This document shows positions 53,300-63,326 of a DNA stretch of 64,000 nucleotides, piece by piece; positions within the stretch are counted from its first letter, which is position 1, and each line of letters opens with the position of its first letter. The notes beneath the pieces were generated by a model. The model made no database searches, had not been told where the DNA came from, and worked only from the letters and a program-made list of their open reading frames with translations. Source of the stretch: Bacillota bacterium. GTDB lineage: Bacteria; Bacillota; Limnochordia; Darwinibacteriales; JAAYFS01. Position numbers and translations under genes: made by a program. The DNA is taken from contig JAAYFS010000055.1 in assembly GCA_012728115.1 (NCBI GenBank), positions 11,779 to 75,778 of the forward strand. The letters are read 5' to 3'.

Positions 53300-54709
53300 T
53301 TACTTAGCGCTTAATCTACGTTTTGATGAAAGGAGCTCTTCGGTCGATGCAGTCCTTCTAAAGAAATCCAGAGCAGGTAGATTTTCTAAAGTCTCCAGAT
53401 AATCTGCCTGCTTCGCATGCTTGTTTACATAATTAGCACCGAGGCTACTATCGATCAATGTTCCAGGTCCGCCGACGCATCCATTGATACACGCCATCCC
53501 TTCCATGAAATTTGCTTTTAACATTCCAGCTAACCTTTGTTTTAGTAGTTCATTACATTCCTTGATTCCATTACCTCTAACGGCTACTATCTTACATTCA
53601 GGATCAATACCTTGAACTGCTCTTTTTATTGCTTGGGTAACCCCGCCAGTGTGAGCAAATATTCTTCCATCATGTGAAGCATTGCTTAACGATATTTCAG
53701 GCATAGTATTCAAATTTCCTATGTCGCTAACTTCAAAAATCAAACTCATTTCTTTATAAGTTAACACGCAATCTATTGCACCTTTCATATCAGGAAGTTT
53801 ACTTTCTCCTTTTTTGGCGGTGCACGGACCAATAAAGACCACACGGCAATCAGGTTCACTTCTTTTAAGTAATCTACCAAGAGCAATCATCGGCGATACC
53901 GAATTCGAGACAACTGCGGTGAGTGAAGGGAGAGTTATTTCAATCAAACGCATAAAAGCTGGACAGCAACAGGAAGTGATCATAAAAGGGTCCTGACTAT
54001 GGTAGCGTTCAACAAATTCTTTTGCTTCCAAAGTTGTGATTATATCTGCCGCCATAGCAACTTCATATACGTCAGAAAACCCAAGGATTTTCAATGCCCC
54101 AACAATCTGTTCGGGAGTAATTCCTGGTCCAAATTGTCCAACAAAGGAAGGAGCAAGAATAGCATAAATACTTTCGCCAGTGCTCGCATTAAAAAGAAGT
54201 TGAGCAACTTTCGCGATATCAGATCGTTCAGCTAACACTCCACCGATACAGGCATGTACACAATACCCACATTCAATGCAGTAGTCTTCGTTGATTATTC
54301 TAATTCCTTCATCGTTAATTTTGATCGCGTTGGTCGGGCAAGCTCTTTCGCAATCGCTCGGCGAATCACAATCGGTACAAGGTTTTAAAAATTTTACCAG
54401 GGGTGGTTTAACATCAGCGACATCAGTTTCTTCGAATAAGAAGTTTAAGTAATTCTTTGCAATTTCAATTTGGTCGTCGATGTGGCCATCGATTTGATCT
54501 CGCGCTTGCTCATTAAATTGTTTTTTAAACTGCGCTTCGTCTGCGTTTTGATTTCTGCCCTGATCTTCGCACTGATTATTGGCATTACTATCAGTGTAAA
54601 AACATTTCTGCAGAATATCATTGATCAATTCTTCTTTACTCTTTGTACTGCCGTTTTTGATCTCCCTGATTACGTGGAGAAGAAGGCGTTCCGAAAATGG
54701 ATTTGGCAT
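53300..54709 (-). CDS. [FeFe]-hydrogenase-like protein (H-cluster domain plus two 4Fe-4S ferredoxin motifs) with an acidic Q/D/E-rich N-terminal region
   Basis: Ferredoxin motifs CERACPTNAI and CIECGYCVHAC. H-cluster-like motifs TSCCCPAF (L1), FIGPCTAKKGE (L2) and EGMACINGCVGGPG (L3). ATG at 54709 follows GAGGTGA. Confidence 0.6.
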   Translation of the reverse strand: MPNPFSERLLLHVIREIKNGSTKSKEELINDILQKCFYTDSNANNQCEDQGRNQNADEAQFKKQFNEQARDQIDGHIDDQIEIAKNYLNFLFEETDVADVKPPLVKFLKPCTDCDSPSDCERACPTNAIKINDEGIRIINEDYCIECGYCVHACIGGVLAERSDIAKVAQLLFNASTGESIYAILAPSFVGQFGPGITPEQIVGALKILGFSDVYEVAMAADIITTLEAKEFVERYHSQDPFMITSCCCPAFMRLIEITLPSLTAVVSNSVSPMIALGRLLKRSEPDCRVVFIGPCTAKKGESKLPDMKGAIDCVLTYKEMSLIFEVSDIGNLNTMPEISLSNASHDGRIFAHTGGVTQAIKRAVQGIDPECKIVAVRGNGIKECNELLKQRLAGMLKANFMEGMACINGCVGGPGTLIDSSLGANYVNKHAKQADYLETLENLPALDFFRRTASTEELLSSKRRLSAK

Positions 54710-54788
54710 TTTATCACCTCGATGTTTGTTTTGGTCAAATGATTGAGAAAAAAATAACAATATGCTATAATGCTAGTGCTGGTGAATC

Positions 54789-55598
54789 ATGAAATGGGGA
54801 AGAATGATGAGATCGCTAAAAGTATTAAAGGGTGCTGTTTTCCCAATTTTTATCCTGATAATTTGGTTACTAAGCAGTCGTCACTCAACAAACAATCTAA
54901 TTCCAGCTCCTAACGAAGTAATTAACGCTATTAGTAATCTTTGGGCACGTGGCGAAATTCAAAAGCATGTCAGTATTAGTCTGATCCGTGTCCTAAAAGG
55001 TTTTGGCTGGGCAGCTATTATTGGCGTTCCGCTTGGATTATGCTTCGGTGTGTTTACTAAGTTCAGACTTTGGCTAATGCCTACTCTCCATTTCTTACGT
55101 CAAATTCCACCGATCGCTTGGATCCCACTTTTTTTAATCTGGTTTGGGATCGGCGAAGGTTCCAAAAGTGCCGTTATTTTTTACGCAGCCTTCTTTCCAG
55201 TATTACTAAACTCTTTGCTTGGGATTGAACAGATTCCAAGACGTTTTTGGGAGGTAGGCAAGGTACTCGAATTCGATTATTTAAAGTTTCTCTGGAGATT
55301 AGTATTACCAGCAAGCCTGCCATCGATTATGGCTGGATTAAGACTTGGGATGAGTATGAGTTGGCGGGCATTGGTAGCAGCAGAAATGATCGCCGCTACC
55401 AGCGGTCTCGGTTACTTGATTATGTCCGCTCGTTCTTTAGTACGAATGGATGAAATGGTGGTTGGGATCCTACTAATTGGTCTAATTGGTATCCTTATCG
55501 ATGCCTTCTTTATTTGGTTAGAGAGATTCTTAGCACCTTGGAATAAAGAAACTTTAGGAGTAGGGGAAAATGAGAGAAGCATTGCTTCAAGCGGTTAA
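54789..55598 (+). CDS. ABC transporter permease (SsuC/TauC/NrtB-type)
   Basis: A six-TM protein with the EAA loop (AAEMIAATSGLGY). It is the first gene of a permease-ATPase-SBP operon. Confidence 0.75.
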   Translation: MKWGRMMRSLKVLKGAVFPIFILIIWLLSSRHSTNNLIPAPNEVINAISNLWARGEIQKHVSISLIRVLKGFGWAAIIGVPLGLCFGVFTKFRLWLMPTLHFLRQIPPIAWIPLFLIWFGIGEGSKSAVIFYAAFFPVLLNSLLGIEQIPRRFWEVGKVLEFDYLKFLWRLVLPASLPSIMAGLRLGMSMSWRALVAAEMIAATSGLGYLIMSARSLVRMDEMVVGILLIGLIGILIDAFFIWLERFLAPWNKETLGVGENERSIASSG

Positions 55599-56322
55599 CA
55601 TCACAAAGATTTTTGAGGGTAAAACTAGGGTAGAAGCTTTGCGTTCGATCGATTTGGCAATAAACCAAGGAGAGTACGTGGCAATTCTTGGTCCAAGCGG
55701 ATGTGGCAAAACCACGCTTCTGCGAATTTTCGCTGGCTTAACCAAACCAACCACAGGAAAGTGTACTTTCTTGGGGGAGGAAATCAATAAACCGAATCGC
55801 CAAAGAGCACTCGTTTTTCAGGACCCCCGTTTATTTCCTTGGCTCACAGTTCGTGGCAATATTGAATTGGCGATAAAGAAGCAAGCTTTCATTGAAGCTA
55901 ATGAAAGAATAGTTGAGTTATGTAAAAAAATGCAACTATCCGAGTTTATGTATTCTTATCCTCATGAATTATCGGGTGGGATGGCAAAGCGGGTTGCCTT
56001 AGCACGAGCTCTAGCAGGGGATCCAAAACTTCTTTTGCTAGATGAGCCATTAGCTCATTTAGATAAAAACATTCAACTTTCATTGCTTAATGAACTACAT
56101 CGATTATGGAAGGATGGTCTAACATCAGTCCTTGTTACCCATGACGTTGATGAGGCTTTAATGCTTGCTACCAGGATCATTATTCTAAGTGCGAGACCAG
56201 CGCAGATCATCGCCAATCAACAAATTTCTCTTCCCTTTCCCAGGGATCCATTGGATGGAGAATTTGTTCAACTCAAAGAAAAAATAATGAAAATTAATTC
56301 AGGAGTAGGTGAACCAGAATGA
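55570..56322 (+). CDS. ABC transporter ATP-binding protein (SsuB/TauB-type)
   Basis: Walker A GPSGCGKTT, the signature LSGGMAKR and Walker B LLLDEPLAHLD are present. Confidence 0.85.
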   Translation: MREALLQAVNITKIFEGKTRVEALRSIDLAINQGEYVAILGPSGCGKTTLLRIFAGLTKPTTGKCTFLGEEINKPNRQRALVFQDPRLFPWLTVRGNIELAIKKQAFIEANERIVELCKKMQLSEFMYSYPHELSGGMAKRVALARALAGDPKLLLLDEPLAHLDKNIQLSLLNELHRLWKDGLTSVLVTHDVDEALMLATRIIILSARPAQIIANQQISLPFPRDPLDGEFVQLKEKIMKINSGVGEPE

Positions 56323-57230
56323 AAAGAATTTTAATAGCAGTTTTAGTGATTATTCTTGCGGCTGGAGCTGGGATGGGACTAGCAAATTCCGCATCTTTAT
56401 CGATTACGTACAACCCGATGCCTTTTAATCTTCCAAGTATGGTTGAGAAGGAGCAAAAACTTCTTGAACAGCAAGGGTTAAAAGTTGCTTACAGCAGTTT
56501 CCAAGCTGGTTTTGCCATGACAGAGGCGATGGCAGCCAAAGAGTTGGACATCGCAGTGGTAATGGGCGCAACTTCAGCGATCACTTCCAAAGCCGGGGGA
56601 AGAGATATTAAAATTGTCGCGGCTTATTCCCAAGCGCCATCAGCATTTGCTTTGGTAACTCGTCCTGATGGGATCGAACTTAAAGATTTAAAAGGAGCAA
56701 AAATTGCGGTTCCAGTAGGAACAGAAGCACATTATCTATTAGCCAAAATTCTAAAAGAGCAAGGACTTACCTTTAATGATATCGAGGTAATCAATATGAT
56801 GGTTCCCGATGGTGTCGCTGCTTTACAAGCAAAGCAAGTCGATGCAGCGATGGCGGTCGAACCTGTTTTAAGTAGGCTTGAAGGTGCAGGGCAAATAAGG
56901 GTGCTTCGGAATGGTGTTGGCCTGATTTCAGGTCTCACTGTAAGTACAATTCGTGGAGACCTAGTTGGTGATGAGCGAGTAGAAAAATTCCTTACCGCAC
57001 AACAACACGCACTCCAATTTATTAGTGAAAACAACGAAGAGGCCCTAGCGATTGCCCAACGCGATACAGGCTTACCACGAGCAATTATTGAAAAGATTGC
57101 ACCAAAGTATAACTTTAGTATGGAAATTACTGAGGAAGTGAAGGCTAGCTTAGAGGAAACGATTGAGTTTCTCTATGCAGAAGGTTTAATCCAAAGGAAG
57201 ATTTCGGTCGAGGATTTGTTGCTCGAATAA
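56319..57230 (+). CDS. ABC transporter substrate-binding protein (NMT1/SsuA/TauA-like)
   Basis: A signal peptide precedes a periplasmic binding fold. It is coupled to the ATPase gene. Confidence 0.65.
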   Translation: MKRILIAVLVIILAAGAGMGLANSASLSITYNPMPFNLPSMVEKEQKLLEQQGLKVAYSSFQAGFAMTEAMAAKELDIAVVMGATSAITSKAGGRDIKIVAAYSQAPSAFALVTRPDGIELKDLKGAKIAVPVGTEAHYLLAKILKEQGLTFNDIEVINMMVPDGVAALQAKQVDAAMAVEPVLSRLEGAGQIRVLRNGVGLISGLTVSTIRGDLVGDERVEKFLTAQQHALQFISENNEEALAIAQRDTGLPRAIIEKIAPKYNFSMEITEEVKASLEETIEFLYAEGLIQRKISVEDLLLE

Positions 57231-57294
57231 GTAAATAACTAATTGGCTAATAGCTCAGACAGTAAGTTAGCAACAGAATCAGCAAAACAATTAG

Positions 57295-57350
57295 AAAAAG
57301 CTCTTGATACCATAAGGGGACGTTCCACTTTGATATCAAGAGCCTTTTTT
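57295..57350. terminator. bidirectional intrinsic terminator
   Basis: A5-GCTCTTGATA...TATCAAGAGC-T6 (10-bp stem) between convergent genes. Confidence 0.65.
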
Positions 57351-58224
57351 ATTTTGGAACTACCACTGAAACAGCTTTTGGCATTAACTTTGCGTTCATC
57401 GGGGTTGAACTACGTAAATCCCCATCAAACATCTTCGGTAGTACCAAATCCGATTCGATTGTCACTTCTCGACCTTCGTAAAAAGAGCAAGCGGGATTGT
57501 TCACATGTTTGCCAAAATACACCCTGGGCAATGTCCATAGCAAACGAGGTTTAGAGATCTCATTAATCACAAGGATAGTAAACTTACCATCATCATACCT
57601 AGCTTCTGGTGCAAATTTCAAACCTCCGCCACCATAAGGCATATTCATCAGGAAAACACCAATAGTTGAAGTTTCAAAACTCTTACCATCGATAGTAATT
57701 TTAACGTGATGAATTGGAAGCAGGCGAATCGTTTGGAAGGTAGCGACTAGGATCGCTGGGGATCCACGAAGTAATCCGTCGCGATGCCGATTGACATAAT
57801 CGATAACGGACACTGGAAATCCGACCGAAGCTAGCACTCCAAATACTTTGTCGGATTCTAAGCCAACATCCATTTTTGTAAATCTTGGATTAAGGATGGT
57901 TTCCAACGCTTTGTTATAATCACGAGGTATACCAAGACCTCTTGCGTAATCATTACCCGTACCAGCAGGAATAATACCAAGAGAACTTTTTGTATTGTAT
58001 ACTCCTTCTAATACCTCGCCGATTGTTCCATCTCCACCGAGGGCACATACAATCTCGTGTTTTTCTGCTGCTTTATGTGCCAACTCAATGGCCTCTCTTG
58101 AGCGAGTAGTAAAAATAAATTCAAAATCGGCATTCTTACTAGCTAGTTGAGCACGTACTTCTTCTCCGACTTTTTTTCCGCGACCTCTTCCTGCCAGAGG
58201 ATTAGCGATTACGGCAAGACTCAT
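57349..58224 (-). CDS. diacylglycerol kinase-family lipid kinase (YegS/DagK/BmrU)
   Basis: The DAGK_cat motif (IANPLAGRGRG...ALGGDGTIGEV) is present. Length is 291 aa. Confidence 0.8.
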   Translation of the reverse strand: MSLAVIANPLAGRGRGKKVGEEVRAQLASKNADFEFIFTTRSREAIELAHKAAEKHEIVCALGGDGTIGEVLEGVYNTKSSLGIIPAGTGNDYARGLGIPRDYNKALETILNPRFTKMDVGLESDKVFGVLASVGFPVSVIDYVNRHRDGLLRGSPAILVATFQTIRLLPIHHVKITIDGKSFETSTIGVFLMNMPYGGGGLKFAPEARYDDGKFTILVINEISKPRLLWTLPRVYFGKHVNNPACSFYEGREVTIESDLVLPKMFDGDLRSSTPMNAKLMPKAVSVVVPK

Positions 58225-58299
58225 AAAATGCCCTCCCAGAATAATACCAAATTAATAACAACGGATTAATGTTCGGTATTCCTGGCGGTACTTCCTGCT

Positions 58300-59097
58300 T
58301 TATCCTAATTTTCCTTCACGAGATTTAGAAATATAGTTTAGGCAATATTCATCTTTACCCAATAAAGCTTCGGTAGCCCAAATGCTGATCATTAATTGAT
58401 TATCAAGCGGGTTGAGGATTGCACCGTCCATTCCCGCCGCCATAGCAGCCACCAAAAAGGCTTGATTAATGTATTTGCGTGAAGGCAGCCCATAAGAGAT
58501 ATTACTTAGTCCACATGCGATATGCACTTCAGGGAAAAGCCTTTTTACTTCCCTCATAGTCTCAAGCGCTACTACGCCAAAATGTGAACCAGTGCCGATC
58601 GGTTGAACCATCGGATCGATAAAGATATCATCACTAGCAACACCTTTTTGGGTTAGATCATTGATTAAACTCCCAGCGATCTTGACTCGTTTTTCAGCGG
58701 TTTCAGGCATTCCTGAATCATCCATACACAGGGCAATAACTCGTGTTTTGTATTCTAATACTAACGGAAGAATGCTATTAAACCGTTCTTTCTCATAAGA
58801 AATCGAATTAATGATCGGAGTGCCGTTACGATTGTGTTTTAAAGCTTTCTCAATCGCAACTGGATTTGGTGAATCGATCGACAATGGGGCATTGACCGCA
58901 GTTTGAACAACTTCAGTTAACCATGCTAATTTCTCAGGTTCGTCCTTTTCGAAAACTCCAGCATTAATATCTATATAATTAGCGCCAGCCTCAAATTGAG
59001 TTTTTGCTAAATTGGCGATCACTAATTCATCCATTTGAGCTATTGCACTATGAACTTCTTTGATCGAGCTATTAATCTTTTCGCCAATAATGATCAT
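58300..59097 (-). CDS. pterin-binding methyltetrahydrofolate:corrinoid methyltransferase-like protein (AcsE/MtrH family)
   Basis: IIGEKINSS plus a DHPS-like TIM barrel (GANYIDINAG, NSISYEK). The ATG at 59097 follows AAGGAGTG. The frame extends to GTG 59106. Confidence 0.6.
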   Translation of the reverse strand: MIIIGEKINSSIKEVHSAIAQMDELVIANLAKTQFEAGANYIDINAGVFEKDEPEKLAWLTEVVQTAVNAPLSIDSPNPVAIEKALKHNRNGTPIINSISYEKERFNSILPLVLEYKTRVIALCMDDSGMPETAEKRVKIAGSLINDLTQKGVASDDIFIDPMVQPIGTGSHFGVVALETMREVKRLFPEVHIACGLSNISYGLPSRKYINQAFLVAAMAAGMDGAILNPLDNQLMISIWATEALLGKDEYCLNYISKSREGKLG

Positions 59098-59267
59098 TAT
59101 AAACACTCCTTCAAGGATTTAATTACGGGTATTATAGCTTAAGTACCAATAATATTCAAGATTTTGCCAGAAACGATTGATTAAATTGGTTTTATAAATT
59201 AATATTTAAGTTGGGGTTAAAAAAGTTAACGTTTATGTTTAACCAATAATTAAAGGAGGCACAAAGA

Positions 59268-60947
59268 ATGGCAATTAAGACTGATATTGAAATCGCCCAA
59301 GAGGTGGAAATGAAACCGATTCAGGAAGTGGCTAGTTCGATCGGTATAAGCGATGATCGCTTGGAATTGTATGGAAAATACAAAGCTAAGGTCGATTACA
59401 ATATCTTAAAAGACAAGCAGAATGAGCCAGATGGAAAGCTAATCTTAGTTACCGCCATTAATCCTACTGCTGCGGGCGAAGGGAAGACCACAGTTACGGT
59501 TGGTCTCGGTGACGCACTAAACCAGCTAGGTAAAAAAGTCATGATTGCCTTGCGTGAACCATCAATGGGACCAGTTTTTGGCGTGAAAGGTGGAGCAGCG
59601 GGTGGTGGATATGCCCAAGTTGTTCCGATGGAAGATATTAACCTTCACTTCACGGGAGATATGCACGCGATCAGTGCAGCTAACAATCTTTTAGCCGCAA
59701 TGCTCGATAACCATATCTATCAAGGAAATCAATTAAATATCGATGTTAGAAGAATTACATGGAAACGCGTTGTTGATATGAACGATCGTCAATTACGTGG
59801 TATAGTGAATGGTTTGACTGGAAGAGTTAATGGAGTGCCTCGTGAAGATGGTTTTGATATCACGGTGGCTTCAGAAGTAATGGCTATTCTTTGCCTTGCG
59901 AGTGATATTGATGATCTGAAAGAACGACTCGGTCGTATCGTTGTCGGTTATACCTATGATGAACAACCTGTGACCGCAAAAGATCTTAAAGCTAATGGTG
60001 CTATGGCTGCGCTTTTAAAAGACGCTCTCAAACCAAATCTTGTTCAAACCTTAGAACATACCCCAGCCTTTGTCCATGGCGGCCCATTTGCTAATATTGC
60101 TCATGGTTGTAATAGTTTGATGGCTACCAAGATGGCTTTGAAGTTAGCGGATTACGTTGTTACCGAAGCGGGATTTGGTGCTGATTTAGGTGCAGAAAAA
60201 TTCCTCGACATTAAATGTCGTTTTGGTGGACTAACTCCAAGTGCTGTAGTAATTGTAGCTTCGATTCGGGCGCTTAAGAACCATGGCGGAGTAGCCAAGG
60301 ATAAATTAGGCGAAGAGAATCTGGAAGCCCTTAAGAATGGTATGCCAAACTTAATTAAACATATTGAAAACATTACGCAAAACTTTGGTTTACCTGCAGT
60401 AGTTGCTATCAATAGATTCCCAACTGATACCGAAGCTGAAATTAAGCTTGTTGAAGAACTTTGTCAGCAACAAGGTGTGAACGTTGCCTTGACCGAAGTT
60501 TGGGCGAAGGGTGGCGCTGGTGGAGTCGAACTGGGCAAGGAAGTACTCCGGTTAATCGACGAGGGCAAGAATGAGTTTAAGTTCACCTATGGTGATAGTC
60601 TCTCGATTAGAGAAAAGATTGAAACCATAGCAAAGAAGGTCTACGGCGCCGATGGAGTAGACTTTGTTGGAACCGCGGGCAAAGAAATTGATAAGATCGA
60701 GGAAATGGGTTTTGGTAACCTACCTATTTGTATGGCTAAAACTCAATACTCCTTATCGGATGATCCAACGAAGCTCGGACGTCCGAGTGGATTTAGAATT
60801 AGTGTCAGAAACGTAAAAGTATCCGCTGGCGCTGGATTTGTTGTCGCATTGACAGGTACCATTATGACTATGCCTGGTTTACCAAAAGTCCCAGCTGCCG
60901 AACGAATCGACGTTGATTCAACAGGAAAGATTTCAGGACTATTCTAA
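59268..60947 (+). CDS. fhs: formate-tetrahydrofolate ligase
   Basis: [11 protein letters not shown]..., the P-loop TPAGEGKTT, and full length of 559 aa. Confidence 0.9.
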   Translation: MAIKTDIEIAQEVEMKPIQEVASSIGISDDRLELYGKYKAKVDYNILKDKQNEPDGKLILVTAINPTAAGEGKTTVTVGLGDALNQLGKKVMIALREPSMGPVFGVKGGAAGGGYAQVVPMEDINLHFTGDMHAISAANNLLAAMLDNHIYQGNQLNIDVRRITWKRVVDMNDRQLRGIVNGLTGRVNGVPREDGFDITVASEVMAILCLASDIDDLKERLGRIVVGYTYDEQPVTAKDLKANGAMAALLKDALKPNLVQTLEHTPAFVHGGPFANIAHGCNSLMATKMALKLADYVVTEAGFGADLGAEKFLDIKCRFGGLTPSAVVIVASIRALKNHGGVAKDKLGEENLEALKNGMPNLIKHIENITQNFGLPAVVAINRFPTDTEAEIKLVEELCQQQGVNVALTEVWAKGGAGGVELGKEVLRLIDEGKNEFKFTYGDSLSIREKIETIAKKVYGADGVDFVGTAGKEIDKIEEMGFGNLPICMAKTQYSLSDDPTKLGRPSGFRISVRNVKVSAGAGFVVALTGTIMTMPGLPKVPAAERIDVDSTGKISGLF

Positions 60948-61088
60948 ATTCGAGGGAATAAAAAAAGAGTTAAAGAAAAAATAAAGGAAATAAATAGAGG
61001 TTGTCGAATAAAATGAAAATAAATAAGTCGCCAACTTAGTTAATTTGGTCACAAAATCCCCATTGGTTTCCAATGGTAACAAAGGTGG

Positions 61089-61421
61089 ATGACTATGTAT
61101 TGGAATGACAACCTCATAAAAATTATGTTCGCTATTGGTATTTTAATGTCTACCCTCTTCTTTGGCTGGGTGTTTGTCTTCTCGGGAGATCTGAATGAAG
61201 TAGGCGTGACCAGTATCGATTTTGAGGAATTATCGCTTAAACCTGGTCAGCTGTATTTCTACCCGATTGTCAGTCTCTTAATTTTTGTTGCAGCATTCTT
61301 TTTTGCCAAGGAACTATACAACGCAAGCCCATCAATAGCGTACAGGGTGATTGTCTCAGGGGAGTTTGCCCAGCTCATTCTTCTCGCGATGTTTTTTTGG
61401 ACTACGAAACATGTTTTTTGA
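61089..61421 (+). CDS. hypothetical membrane protein
   Basis: A 110-aa protein with 3 predicted TM helices. RBS AAGGTGG. Confidence 0.4.
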   Translation: MTMYWNDNLIKIMFAIGILMSTLFFGWVFVFSGDLNEVGVTSIDFEELSLKPGQLYFYPIVSLLIFVAAFFFAKELYNASPSIAYRVIVSGEFAQLILLAMFFWTTKHVF

Positions 61422-61478
61422 TTAATAACCTCAACCTCTTTCGTAAATACTACATTCGAAGGAGGTGCGGTCTAGATT

Positions 61479-61625
61479 ATGGCAAAACAGAATAGATCCC
61501 AAAACAAAAATCGCAAAAAGAAGGACAGAGCGAAAGGGCTGGATACCAATAATCTTTTTGAGACAGCTGAAGAGTTGACTGAGAAGGATCGCAAAGAACA
61601 ACAAAATAATCGTGAAAATAGATAA
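61479..61625 (+). CDS. small (48-aa) highly charged hypothetical protein
   Basis: MAKQNRSQNKNRKKKDRAKGLD...RENR*. RBS GGAGGTG is 11 nt upstream. An intrinsic terminator lies directly downstream. Confidence 0.3.
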   Translation: MAKQNRSQNKNRKKKDRAKGLDTNNLFETAEELTEKDRKEQQNNRENR

Positions 61626-61651
61626 TTATTGAAGAAATAAGGGGCTAAACA

Positions 61652-61685
61652 AAGGGCTATCGCGAAGATAGCCCTTTTGTTATTT
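61652..61685. terminator. bidirectional intrinsic terminator
   Basis: AAGGGCTATC-GCGAA-GATAGCCCTT followed by TTGTTATTT. Confidence 0.6.
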
Positions 61686-62082
61686 CATGAAACTTTTGCG
61701 TGAGTTTTTGACTAGTACTCATTACCTCATCTACATCTTGTTCCCAGATATTTTGATAAAGGATACTAATCAAAGAATCGATTTCCTCAACAATACCTAA
61801 AGTGTTTTTGTTGCTTTGAGGACGAAATAATACCCAAGTTTCCTCAAGAGTCTTGGCTGTTCTGGAAGCGCTCCCCCATTTACCTTCATTCGCAAATTTG
61901 GCAACATCATCAATTAATCTTTGTAAATCGCCAGGATCGTTTGCAGTACTTTCTTTTGGGCTAGCAGTATCTAAGCGAATAAATCTAAGTTGAGATATTC
62001 TTGATTCCACATCCTGTTGTAATATTCCAATGGCAATTAGACACACTAAAATGAGAACCACGATAATAATTTGACCGCGCAT
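61657..62082 (-). CDS. hypothetical membrane-anchored protein
   Basis: An N-terminal TM helix (IIIVVLILVCLIAIGIL) and RBS AGGAGG before the MRGQ start. The frame extends to 62121. Confidence 0.4.
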   Translation of the reverse strand: MRGQIIIVVLILVCLIAIGILQQDVESRISQLRFIRLDTASPKESTANDPGDLQRLIDDVAKFANEGKWGSASRTAKTLEETWVLFRPQSNKNTLGIVEEIDSLISILYQNIWEQDVDEVMSTSQKLTQKFHEITKGLSSR

Positions 62083-62204
62083 TTTCATTCCTCCTGCTTT
62101 ACTTCTAGCAGTTATAAACATAGTTTTCCCAGTATTGAAATTTAAAATTAGTTCAAACTACACTTACGAACAGGTAAATATAGTATAAGGAGTGAGCCAT
62201 CCCT

Positions 62205-63326
62205 GTGAAAGTGGCTTGGATCGTTCGACAAGCAGAAGGGGGGATGTTAGTCCATCTGCGGCAGCTTTTGATGGGTATGAAAGACCAGTATGACATCTTG
62301 ATCGCTGGTCCGCGCAACTTAGAAACCATTGCCAAAGATGGTGCTAAATACTTTCCAGTGGAGATCAATGATGGGATTCTACCAGGAAAAGATCTAAAAG
62401 CCATCTGGCAGTTGACCAAGATTTTTAAACACGAATGTCCTGACATAATTCATCTTCATGGTCTCAAAACACTAGTAGTAGGTGTTCCTGCAGCCAAAAT
62501 AGCAAGAAAGGGTAAATTGCTATTTACAGCGCATAATTGTCTCCCCAAAAGAAATCCAGGAAGGATGTCTGCACTCCATACTCGTATCCAAAAAAGGCTT
62601 CTTAACAGCCTTGATTTGATTATCGCTGTCTCGGATTTCGTCAAAAAAGAGATTACGGAATATACCTCCTCTTACAAGGTAAGAACGATCCATAATGGTG
62701 TGGATTGTAGTAAATTTGAGGGCTTTAACCGGGCTGAAGCGCGAGTTCAATCTCATGCAGTATCAGGGGAGTTAGTGGTCGGTACAGTTGCAAGGTTATT
62801 TCCAGGGAAAGGCATCGACACTTTGTTACAAGCGGCATCTTTAGTGGTTAAGGTATTACCCAACATCCGTTTCGTGATCGTTGGTGATGGACCAGAAAGA
62901 GATAAATATAAAGCCTATAGCAAGGCGTTAGGGATAGATAACAAAGTGGAATTCTTAGGCTTTCGCAATGACGTTCCTCAGTTAATGGCTGGCTGGGATG
63001 TTTTTGCCTTGCCAACTCATTCCGAAGGGTTTAGTTTAAGTGTCTTGGAAGCGATGGCTTCTCGCTTGCCCGTAGTGGTTTCCGATGTACCAAGTCTACG
63101 GGAAATGGTTGTTCCTGGACGAAGCGGTTACTTAGTGCAACCAAAGGATAGCCCTGGCTTTGCTCGTGCTATCATCACTTTACTAAAGGATTTGCCACGT
63201 TCAAGAGCAATGGGTGAAGCCAATCTTCGTCGCGTTCGCCAATACTTTGGCACAGACCAGATGTTGAAAAACACCATCAAGGCATACTGTGATCTAGTAC
63301 GGGAGGATAGTTTTTATGATTTTTAA
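62205..63326 (+). CDS. glycosyltransferase family 4 (GT-B, group-1)
   Basis: EGFSLSVLEAMASRLPVVVSD is the E-x7-E motif region. GTG start after AAGGAGTGAG. Confidence 0.8.
   Translation: MKVAWIVRQAEGGMLVHLRQLLMGMKDQYDILIAGPRNLETIAKDGAKYFPVEINDGILPGKDLKAIWQLTKIFKHECPDIIHLHGLKTLVVGVPAAKIARKGKLLFTAHNCLPKRNPGRMSALHTRIQKRLLNSLDLIIAVSDFVKKEITEYTSSYKVRTIHNGVDCSKFEGFNRAEARVQSHAVSGELVVGTVARLFPGKGIDTLLQAASLVVKVLPNIRFVIVGDGPERDKYKAYSKALGIDNKVEFLGFRNDVPQLMAGWDVFALPTHSEGFSLSVLEAMASRLPVVVSDVPSLREMVVPGRSGYLVQPKDSPGFARAIITLLKDLPRSRAMGEANLRRVRQYFGTDQMLKNTIKAYCDLVREDSFYDF

Noticed and set aside
57243-57554. 103-aa ORF on the plus strand.
   Set aside because: It overlaps the bidirectional terminator and the 3' end of the DAGK gene on the opposite strand. 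It has no RBS and low coding plausibility.
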